DNA of 64,000 nt from Callorhinchus milii. Lineage: Eukaryota. This document shows, piece by piece, positions 13,901 to 25,900 of this stretch (the stretch's first letter is position 1; each line of letters starts with the position of its first letter). The notes under the pieces are model-generated. The model saw only the letters and a list, made by a program, of their open reading frames with translations, made no database searches and was not told the origin of the DNA. The position numbers and the translations under genes are program-made. The DNA is taken from NCBI RefSeq assembly GCF_018977255.1, contig NW_024704742.1:115818001-115882000 (forward strand), written 5' to 3'.

Positions 13901-16900
13901 GATGTATGTTCAAATTTGTGTGCAACTGTGTGTTCATGTTTAAAATAAAACTGTGCTTACTGTGGCCTGTTCCTCAAGTTTAGTTTGTATTATATTACTT
14001 TGCAATACTTTGCTAAAACGCGTTTAGCATAAATACAGTATAATTCAAAATCTAGTGTTAATACCTTCCTAAGTTCTTTTTCTGTTTTGATGTTCCAGAA
14101 TACAATGAAACAAAATTCATCAAGTAAGTAATCAATTTGCCCTAGTTTTGCCCATTGAATATTGAGTCATGCTAGTACATCTTATATTTTGATCCATTTA
14201 TCTAGCTTCAGAAACCTAAAGAAACTAATTTTATTGATTGTGACCATAAATTATGTAGAGCTGCAGTTAATACAAATTGATTTTGGTCTTGTTTTGTGTA
14301 ATAAGCTAAAGTTATACCAAGGCCTTGCAGTTTCAGTTTGCAGACTGTGCTTGTTAAGGTTTCTTTAGTTGAAGCTACAGAGGCTTCAGAATCCATTAGT
14401 CAGATGCTGTCTGATTTCTTGGTAGGAATAAGATGAAATTATACTGCTGGATGGTGATGGATACCTGGTGTTAGTCTTCTCTCTGTATGGACTAGTTGAT
14501 ACAGGGATACCTACTGTGTAAAAATATAAAGACTACATTTACATAGCTGTCTAGCGTTCGTTACAATACTTTTTATATTAAAGATATTAATAATTTATGA
14601 GTATACCCATTTTTTTAGTATTTGGTTCTTGATAGGAATACAAATTGAAGATAGTAGTGTTTCACTGGACTACAAAACATTGCTTTTAAGGTGTTTCATA
14701 CTATTGAAGCTTGAGCAAATATTATAGCCTTTCACAATTATCTACAGTTATTTATACTGTTATCACTCATATTGTATTAATCACACTAACTAAATAAAGT
14801 TAAACTGTTGATATTAACCAAGGTCAATATTGCTTCAAATTAAGCAATATCAGTTAATCAATCAGGCCAGACATAACATTTCAGGCTTTACCCTTCAGAA
14901 AGAAAATACTTATATTGTAGTTTGACTGTTTTTACATGGTATAGGGCTGTTAATGCTTGTGCTGAATCCAGTAGACTCAAATTCACAATTGGTCAATCAG
15001 GCATCATCTGGTAAGTGATGTAGATACATGCTATACTTCACAGGGAGGCTTTTCTGATGGATGGTGATGGATAGCTGCCAACAAACTTCTTACATACACA
15101 TTTTTTAGATTTATTAACTGAATGTGGGTTGTAAGGATCTATAACATATTGTGCAATAGTCAATCAATAGCATAATTACTTAATAAATAGCCAGCAAAAA
15201 GTGATAGAATCACTAAAATAGTTTTACTCCTTGGATTCCCTGTTTCTTAAAATCTGGTCTCAACTGAAAGCAGCCTCTGCACAGGTGATTTACATTATTT
15301 TAAGTTTCCACAGCAAACTAGTCTTTCCAAGTTTTGATTCAGATTCAGGGCATAAATATAATTGATTCTGGGTATAGACTCATTTATTACACACTGAGTG
15401 TTTTTTCCCACAAATTAGCTATAGTTTGATGAGTAAATAGATTGAATTGGAAATCACAGTATAGAGCTTTTTTTAAAAAAAAAGTTGTGTAAACTGGAGC
15501 GTGAACTTAATCTGCAGTTAAAATGAACTTAAAATGCAGTTTTCCCAATAAATTGAAAATTCTCTAAACTATCAAAAATGTATAGTTGCTGATAAATTGA
15601 AGTGGATCGGACAAGTCAAACTGATTTATGAATTTTAAACTTGGACTAATATGTTTACTTTGTGAAACTTAGATCTTATCTAAAAGTGGCAAGAACTAGC
15701 CTTTATTTCAAAATCTTGCAGAAAAGAAAATTTGCTATTGGTAACATTGCTTACAGGAATTTAGATTTTTTAAAAAAAATTGGCTATATATTTTTCTGTT
15801 GAGCCTGTATTTTACTAGTTTTGTGTTTAAACCACATAACTATACTTTCTGTATCTGGCCACTATACAAATCTATCCATGATTGGATGTTCCATTTCCTA
15901 ATGTAGAAACTTTTTAATGGTACCGATGCCATACTTTTCAGTATATATGTCATGCTTACCCAATTTCAGTGACTGTGTTGTATCTAGTCCAAGGGGTACA
16001 ATGTAGAAGTACTTGGCATATAACCTCGGAAATACAACAACAACAAGATTCCATTTATAGAGCGCCTTTCACGTCGGGAGGACGTCCCAAGGCGCTGTAC
16101 AGTTGGGTCAGGACCCGAGCAGGGGGGAAATGGTCAGGGTGAGGGGAGGGAAGGGAGGGAGCGAGGAGGGGGTAGAGAGTCGAGAGGGGAGCTGAAGGCA
16201 CGGTCAAAGAGAGTCAAAAATAGTAATGAGTTTTACAAAAGATTATTAAATTTAACTCAGAATATTGGAGTAGCATTTATAAGGATTATCTTTTGAGATG
16301 TATATCCTTTATGAAGTGGCTTTAAAGAGTTGGACACTTTAGAATATAAAAATATTTTGTTTATTTAAATATACTGAATAACTCTCAACCCTTTCTTCCC
16401 TCCCTCCGGCTTGCCTCCATTCCATAAGGCGAAGAATTGGTTAGGTCAAGACTCTGTATGCCATCATCTGAGTAAGTTCAGTGAAAGGAGCCAATGCCAG
16501 AAATGTAATTGTATGGTAACTTGTTATTCCCTAGGAGAAGTACTAAGTTAGGTTCAGGATTGGATGAAAGCATTCACATATTTAGGAAGCTTTTAATGAC
16601 TGCTTCCTTAATTTCATTGTCAAGAAAAAATACCACCGGCTGCTTCAGGGATTTCCAATATATATGAAAAGCTTTTTCCAATATTTTGTATTTGCATAAA
16701 GGGTATAATGCAATCCGCTTATCTCAAACACGTTTATATCAATATCCCGTGTACGTAGTCAAAACTTTGAAGCCCTGGGTGCTTTCCAGTATAGGAACAA
16801 TTTAAACTTACGTATGTTTAATGTGTATGTCAATGTCAACTTAAATTTTGAAATGGTTGTATTGACAAATTTTTCAACAGCATTAAATACATTGTGTTCT

Positions 16901-19900
16901 TACTGCTTAAGTCGATAGGCAGGTTATTTTAACCTTTGCCTTCCCACTCTGCACCTGGGTCTCTGCTGTACATTATTGATCAAAACAAAGTGCTGAAATC
17001 TCCACTTGAGCTTTGGGGCAAGCAGCACATACGTCCCCCTGGAGTCACAGAGCACGGTGCTCAGTGTGCGCATGGACTACGACTTCTAATGTGCACCTTG
17101 GCTGCCATTCCCGGCTCTTGGTTCGTTGCTTTATGTCGAAACCTGCGTGTGAAAATCTGCTCGGTCCCCACAATGTCCCCACAAACGGGTAGGACTGTAA
17201 TAAAATCTGGTGATTACAATTTTTTCTGACTAAAATTGGTAAACTATTGCTTCATGGGTTGCAGATGTGACCTTGAACATGCCATAACACACTCAGCCTT
17301 CAGGTTTCCAGCTTTCTGATTATTGTCAATTTTATAATCCAAGGAATATAGCTTAATATTAAACTGTTGTCAGTATATTTATAATGTATGAATGAATGTT
17401 AAAATATTTTTCCTTTATTTAATCCTGTGCTTAGTAATAGTACATCAGCAAGGGATGGGCTATCATTGTAGCAGTCCAAAACTTCGACATAAACCTTTGA
17501 AAGCGTGTTTTAGAACAGTTAAGAATTTGAGCATGGTTCCTAAATTCGCTGAACAGATTGCTAGTGAAATTCATGTGGGTTAAAAAAATAATATCGGGAT
17601 GAACTAACTACAGAACTGAATAGATGAGTACGTATATACTGTAGTAAAGAAGTTTAATTGTTTTAAAAGCCTTTTTGCTTAATTCATGCAGTGCCAAAAA
17701 GGTCAACAGTGATCTGTTTTCATTGGATCCGTTGTTTGGCCCTCCACTTGATTCTTCATCCTCATCCACATCAACTACTTCATCAGGTGATCATTCTGTT
17801 TCTATTGCTGCTCAATATTATAACTGTTTCAAATTGTATCACGTGTAATTAATTAACGATTATCAAACAATTTTTTGAACTGATTTTAAATAAAGTATTA
17901 TTGTTCAGATGTGGAGCAATACCTGTATGGTTCCTTAAGCCATACTGATGGTTTGTACTGGTCTACTGATATTTCCTGTGAACAAAGTGTCAAGAATTTT
18001 CTGATTAAAATTTGCTATGTCGGAGTTGTCAATTTAATGGTCTAGTGAATTGATATCACATTGTTCAATTTTTCTAAATGTTGGAGAGATATTTTAGTTG
18101 TTAGCAATTGGAATAAAATGCAGATTGTTATAGGAATTTGCTTACAAACCTATTTAATTCAATAGATTTGACTACAATTATTTTTCTTCACTTTTTTTGC
18201 GGTTAGTTCTATTAGAATCGTAGGTATTCCAAACATTTTACAATCACAGAATTGAAATATATATTTAATGAATGACTCTTTTCATTTGTCACGTAGGATG
18301 ACAATAATTTAATATTTTTAATAAAGAAAAGGCTGACATAATACAACATATAATAAAGCAGTTTGTGGATTCTGTTGAGGCCAGTAATTCAAACCTATTG
18401 GACAAATTGGAAGCAATTGTTAATTAAATGAATTTATCTGGTTGCTATGTTGGTGGGGTAGGTAACAATAACAATAAAATTATATTTGCTTAGCGCCTTT
18501 CACGTCGGGAGGATGTCCCAAGGCGCTGGACAATCAGTGTTTCGGACCCGAGCTGGGGGTCAGGATCGAGGAGGGTGAAAGGCAGTGGGGGAAGGAGGGT
18601 AACCGAAGGCATGGCCGAAGCGGAGGGTCTTGAAGGAGGCACGGAAGGGGGTGAGGTAGGAGGGACTGCAGGATGGAGTTCCAGAGGGTGAAGGCGGAGT
18701 GGCAGAAGGCGAGCAAGGCGGGGGATGTGAAGCAGGCCGAAGCTGGTTGAGTGGAGAGCGCGGGTAGGTTGGTAGGGAGTTGGAGTTGAGGTAAACAGGG
18801 TTTCCTTGAATCTGAGTTGGCTTCAAGGTGACTTACTTCACAACAGAATGTCGGAATTAAATTGCCCTCTGTGGTGGTCTTGATGAAAATGGGTCTGCAG
18901 TACTCTAAAGCACTGCTAATGGTACACCAGCCGGTCTGGTTTGTCAGTACTAGAGACTGGGATTCTTCCCACTTGGCTTCTGTTAACCTTGGAATTCAGA
19001 GCCCTGACTGGTAGGATTGTCCCAGCTAAACAAGCAATGGGAAGCTTGACAGATAGTGCTCTCGATGGCATGCTATGAAATTTTAACTAGGTAAACTCCA
19101 GCAGTACCCTGGTGTGCATTCTGGAGTCCTTGAGCGTTGGCTCTTGCCAACCTACACCTAATACTCTCTGGAATTAGGTAAGTGGGGTGTGACCCTTCAG
19201 GGGAGAGTGCACATTCCATTCCAGACACATAGAAATTTCCATTCAGAGGTGGCATGTATATGTGGAACAGTCAATTTGAATATTCTTAAGCATAATGAAG
19301 GGTCTCTTATGTTGCAAACACCCAGCTGACCAAACAAAATATACAGTTGCCATAAACAGTGACCAACACATCCATATAATAATAAATAATAATAATCCTT
19401 GCATTTGATATAGCGCTTTTCATGTCGGGAGGACGTCCCAAAGCGCTTCACAGAACACACTGTAAAGTGAATTGACTGTATATTTGTGGGCGAACGCAGC
19501 AACCAATTGCGCACAGCAATATTCCACAAACAGTCGTAGATTGAAAATGACCAATTTATTATTGTTTTTGTTTTTTTGGAGGATTTATTATTAGGCATGT
19601 GGAGTAAGGAAACTTGCCCAAGGTTTCACCCTGCCTGGAATTGAACCCAGGTGTCTCACTTGCAAAGTGAGTGCTCTAACCACTGAACTACAGGACTCCA
19701 CAATAAGCCAAACTTCCCAGATTCATTTGAGCAACCCTTTTTTGTAAGATGTTGCTTTGATAGACGGTGGACAAATATGTGTTTTCTGTGAGGTAGGATT
19801 GAGATGCATTATCTGAGTCAGGTAGAAGTAGCTTAAAAACACAGTTGAACTGCTTCGGCCTTGAGTTCCTGGTGGCAACATTTGATGCAGATGTTGGAGA

Positions 19901-22900
19901 ATTAATGAGTAATTATTTATGTAAATTGTTGATTTTTAAAATGCCAGTGTATGACTTATAATTTTGCTACACAAAAGTTTTTGACACAGGTAAGCAGGGT
20001 TTCCTTGAAGATGAGTTGGCCTCAAGGTGACACAGGTTTGTCTTTCTCTGCAGGTCTTTGTGTGGTGAATGACCCGGGGATGCACATATACATTTCCCTC
20101 CCCCCTCTCTTTCCAGTCTTCTCTCTCCTGCCTTCACTTGGGCAGGGAGATTAGATGAATTGAGTTCCTCTGAGAGAGTTATAAAATTGGAGGGATATCC
20201 ATGCCAATCCCGCGTGCCTCAGCAACCTGTTTGAGGAGGTGCTGGAATAAGTAGCTTGGTCAGAGAATTACTCTCCATGGCAGTGAAGAGAGGGCTAAAG
20301 GGAGAAGAAAAATAACTATATTAAAACGGACTGTGGAAGAAACGAAAGACTAGAAACTTAACATTGCAACTTAGCACAAGCTACTGAATGAGAGGCAGAT
20401 TTAAGGGACATTTACATTTAAATGTAAAAACATTTATCCATCCCTCCTCTCCAGCTATTGCCCCATCTCTAAACTTCCATTCCTCTCCAAGGTCCTGGAA
20501 CAAGTCGTCGCGTCCCAGCTCCGCTCTTTTCTGCCCACAGCACAGAAACAGCCCTGGTCAGTCACTAATGACATTCTGAACATCTGTGATCAGGACTCCC
20601 TCTGCCTCCTTGTCCTCCTCGACCTCTCTGCCGCCTTCGACACTGTCGACCACTCCATCCTCATACACTGCCTCTCCTCCTTACTTAATCTTCGTGGACC
20701 TGCCCTTTAAAAGTCTTTAAAAAGTCACTTCTGACCTTACACTTAGACTGAAGATACTCCATTCTCTGGACTGGTCACGCACTATACCATGATGCTGAAA
20801 TAAATGCATAATATAATATAGCGCATTATCACGTCTTCGAGATGTCTCAAAGCACTTCAAATATATTGCAGTAATAAAGTTACTCTAACACCCAGATAAC
20901 TATTACTGTAATATCCCTAACCTACCAAAGTATTATAAAAATCAGAATTTTAAATGGGTAATTTACATTATCTATATATGTGCTTGCCTATATAAGCAGG
21001 ATTTAAATTTTCCCATTCAATCTTTACGTAAGAAATGCAATTAACCTATTTTAAATATGCATGTGTTGGTCAGTACTTGCTATTTTCATCAGGTTTTCTA
21101 CTCCATCATAGAGTTTTCTACTCCATCACATACCATATAAAGACCTTGGTCTAATCTGCATCTCAAGTTTTCTTTTCCTGCTCCTATCTTGATCGCCACT
21201 TTTAAGTGTTTATGCATATGTGGATGGGTGGGTGGTCATTGCTTACTGTTTGTTACCCAGTAATTGGCGCAGTAAACAATTTTCTTTACATGTTAAAAAA
21301 AGGATAGTTTTCATGAAATTAAAATGTCACAGATACCATCAACTTGACTATTTTGCTGCCAAGTCCTGTCTTGAGCAAATTAGTCTGTTTACTTGTCTTT
21401 GGACAAAGGACACCAACTTTCGTGTTTATATTGACAATAATAGTTGCTTTGCAGTGATCAATATATCAGAACTATCAAATCCAAAGAATATTTTATTATT
21501 GTCAGAACCACTATTATCTATTTCTTTGAAATGTCTGAGGAAGAATGCTGGATTGTTTGAGATGTGTATCTTTCTTCCATGAAAGAAGTATAACTTCTGC
21601 ATAGAAAGCAGTTTGCAATCAGTCTCGATTCTTGTTGCAAGCTTGTGCTTTTTGGAGGTATTCATATTTGTGTGGGTAGGGGGTATTTCTGTCTCTGCTA
21701 CTTCCTTCAGTTATAGAATTAAGGGTACAGTTTAAAAATATGCCTTATAATGAAGAGGATGGGGGAAGAGGATACAACCAGAAGTATATGTGCAAGGATA
21801 TAAATTTATCGAAGGTACAGTATTACTCTGTGGACCGCTGATAGAATTTCTAATTTTTAGAGGTTGAACTTTTCTCAAAGAATGATGACCAGAGCAATAG
21901 TAGGTAATCAATTTATGCCACGACAAGATCTAAGTTTCAAGTTTGTTCCTCAACTTAAAAATTACACTGAAGTAATTTGGTTGCAATAATATTGTGAAAG
22001 TTCATGATATGCCAGACCCTTCAAAAGTGACACTTGATTCCAGTTATAATACAAAATCCCCACTAATTATTGTTGTGCATTGCATTAAGACTTTGAATTA
22101 ATGGAATTCATCATTGGTGATTATGTATTGTCCAAATTTGTTCTCCTGGTGAAAGCCTATCATACAAATAGAAATTTTATGACAGAGGAAGGCCTTTCAG
22201 GACATGGTGCCTCTGTTCATAACAGCTCATACCTGTAAAGAGCCCTATAACACATCGATGAAGTATTCTTCTTGGAAATGTAAATTGGTCATAAGCAGCC
22301 TCCATTTCAAATGTTGCTATCATTTATCTGCCAATGTAATAATAAATAGTGATCCTTACATTTGATATGCTCCTTTCACGTTTGGAGGATATCTCATAGC
22401 GTGTCACAGGATATGCTGTAAAGTGTAAAGTTTTAGGCAATCGCAGAAGCTGATTTGCAGACGATAATGTCTCTTTCAAAGGATGGTACCTCAAACAATG
22501 CAGCACACCTCCAACACTGCATTGGAGGGTCAGCCTAGGCTAAATGAGTTCCGAGTTCTGATGTTAGGCTTGAACTAACAACCTTCGAGGCAAGAGCTCT
22601 ACCAACTGAGCAAAGCTGACACACAGTGCAGTATAGTGTAGGCAAGAGACTTGTGACTGAACTTTATTTAAGGATGGCTGATTAACTGAATTGTTTTCCT
22701 AGTCCAGTACAAAACAGCATAGCATATTTTCAGCTCTAGTAATGATTATTAAATGAATTCAGAGATAAATAATTGAGGATCTGCATTATTCATATTGTTG
22801 TATTGTATTGGCTCCTGCACATTTTGAAGAGATATTCTGCTATGACTGTTAACCTTGAAGAAACTTACCATTCAGATTTCACCGTGTACTTTGGAAATGG

Positions 22901-25900
22901 TGTTGTTGAACTTCACAGTCTCAATTAAATCCAGCTCACACAGTGAGTTCTTCATGGGAAATGATTCAATGTGTTGCACATTCAAACTTTGCATTTTTCA
23001 AATTCAACTTGTTGACAATATTTCATTAATTGCTTTGCTTCTGTCTTCTTTCTTGTTTTTCTTAACATTTTCTCTCAGCTCTTCACTCCCTTACAACAAT
23101 CAATCCGCATCTTTCTAGCGCTTCAGAGGTACATGCAGTGCTTTCTTCAGGTAAATTAACTAATTGTGCATTGGAAAGGCATGGAATGAAATGTGTTTTG
23201 ATGAGTGATTACCCAGTAATTACCCAGCAGAGTAGTTTTAAGAAGGAAAATTTGGGACTCTTTGACAAGAGCTTCACAGAGGAAATAGAACTACGCTGAG
23301 TTGATAGTTTTTGAGTTTGTCTGTAGAATCTTCTTAAATGAGAAATATCTTGATTAATTTTAGTTTAATTTTCAAAATTACCAATGGAATGAAAACTCTT
23401 AAAAACTTGCTCGCCTCCTATGAAAGTTGATGCAAAATAAGGGTATAGTAAATATCAACTTGTTGATTGCATGGTAAATGCTCTCTTGGGTACTGTATGC
23501 TAATAGTTATCCTGGAAATGTAATCAAATACTTAATGGGTTCAAAATTAATTCCAAAATTGATTTTGATTTTACTCATTTTTACATTCTTAGATCTTTTA
23601 CAGCACTTTTGTAATTTACAGCAGTGAGTTGATCAGTTTCTTCTAATGACATTGGAACACTAAATGAATAATTGGACACCAAAAAAGTATCATTTTATTT
23701 CACTATAGAAAAATTCTACTCCATTAACTAATTCTGGCATGTTCTATTGTCTAAGAAAGTTTAATGTATCAAAATAGTCATATAATTGAGCCAGTGAAGT
23801 GTTGTTCCATTAAATTCCATTCCATCTATTAAGTTATAGTTGAAGGTAATTATTCTTAAACGAATTTAGAGTTCTGTTTTCCTCCTGTGGGAATCTTCTG
23901 CTTGCTAACTGACAAAGGTGTGTGATATTAGTTTAACATGGTGCAGTTTGTTTAAAATTGATAACTTGAATTAATATGCTCAGTTTATTAATCGATTAAT
24001 GTTCTAAATGTTTTAATATTTGCATGATTTTTTAAAAAAACTTCATCACTACTAGCCCTGCTGAGAAATGTGAAAATACACTTGTCTCTATAAATTAATA
24101 TCACACTCCTTTCTAATGCATATGTGTTCTAAGCTTTCACCTTCTCCAAGCTTTCAATTCTCCCTTTTCCTTCAGCTGAATTAACATGGCCTGAAGGGAG
24201 CTCCACATTGTCGAGTCATCCTGTTTTACCTTGGGGTATAGAAATTGAGTCCTCTGTGAAACATCAACCAAGCTACGAGTCTAAGAGTCGTAGTCCTGAC
24301 ATCTCTGACAACCTTGTGCCTGACTCAGATTTTAGTATAGTGACAAATTCAAAGACCTTAAATGGTCCTCCTCCCATTCCCACTTCACGGAATCAGTGGA
24401 TTTCATTTAATGATGAACTAATTCCAAGCAAACCTTTGAACTTGCAGTTGAAGGAAGAAATACATTCTAAAACTTCAAACAGCTCCAATGCTCCAGTGGC
24501 CTCTATTGAATTATCTTCCAGCGACACATCTGATGATCGAAGTGACCTTCAGGATGATTTTTCAGGTCATAGGAGATTATCCATTGAAGAAAATGGCACT
24601 GGATCAGAAAGTTTTTCCATCTCTACACCTCAGTCAGTGGACATTAGTTTAACACCTATGGTCGCTCGATTAAATAATGGTATGGCAAGCATGATTTGTA
24701 CCCCGACTGTACGCTTAGTATTTTTGGACTGTGCCCTTGTCTTCCCTTAATATGGTTTCCTAGTGTTTAAAACAAAAATAGTTTGGATGAATTCAAAACT
24801 GGCATTACGTGACCAAAAGTTGAGGCATCTGAGCGCTCACATTTTGAGTCTCAATTCAAGTGAATGTTCCGAACTAATTTTGCGTACGTTTGCTTGTGTG
24901 TGTGTGGCGGGGGTGGGGGGTGGTGTTTAAGGGGTGTCTGAAAAAAAGCATGTAAAGTTCAGCCTCTAATTGGCAGAAAAGGTAGTGTGTTTTGTAAGTA
25001 GAGTAATTCCCTTTTCTGCTGCTCTCCTAGTACTCCAGTGTTGTTCAGGATCAGGTAGGGCAACAGGTGATATGCAGGTGTCATATTGTCATTTGTGGGA
25101 AAGGTGAATTCAGCTTGTAAGGATTTTTTTTAACTAGGAGTGGAAAATGTTCTGAACCTTTAACAAACTTTACGTTAATTTAGAAAAAATTTGATTTTTT
25201 TCACCTTGTGTATCATTAATTAGGACTTCCAAATAATGTTATAAATATGATATTCAATAATGTAATAAATTATTGCAGTTTTACTTCTGTGATTAAAATT
25301 TTAGTATAATCAGTCAAGTTAGTTGAAAATCCTTTTGGTTGGACACGTTCTAAGGGCCTAAGCAAAATAAGTTTGAGTAGCTTCAATTTATTTCCTCAAA
25401 TGGTTTATACTTTAGCATAATGGTGGCAAACTTTTTTGGTCAGCCAACAAAATAATTGTTCTTGATTTGTGCCATCAATCAAGAAACAAAACTGGAAACA
25501 AAACATTGATTTAGAACTGACTCGCTTAGACTAGTGTGAACGTCCGGCGGGCCACTTCTTGGTAGTCCCATGGGCCACGGGTTGGCTACTGCTTTAGCAT
25601 CTGGCACTAACTGAACCATGTTTCTCAGACCATGAGGTCTGTCGGGGGTAATGCACATTTCTACAGCAAAAATGCTTTTTTTTCATAATAAGGCTGCAAT
25701 GAGTGGAGGGAGGTCTGGATTGTAACAAATCTATAAAATACCAGCCTAAAAGGGCCTGGTGTTGTTGGCTGATTCTGAGTAAGAAAAAAAAATGATGTTG
25801 CACCTTGCTGCTCCATATGGAGAGCAGTCAACTTAGCAATATCAATCAGGAAGTGCAGAGTCTGACCTGGCAAGTGTAGGGAGGGAAGGAATGAAGGAGG

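Noticed and set aside
24208..24750. Stand-alone 180-aa gene
   Set aside because: Starts at TTG, lies inside FCHO2 on the same strand, and is better explained as a spliced cassette exon (24176-24679)
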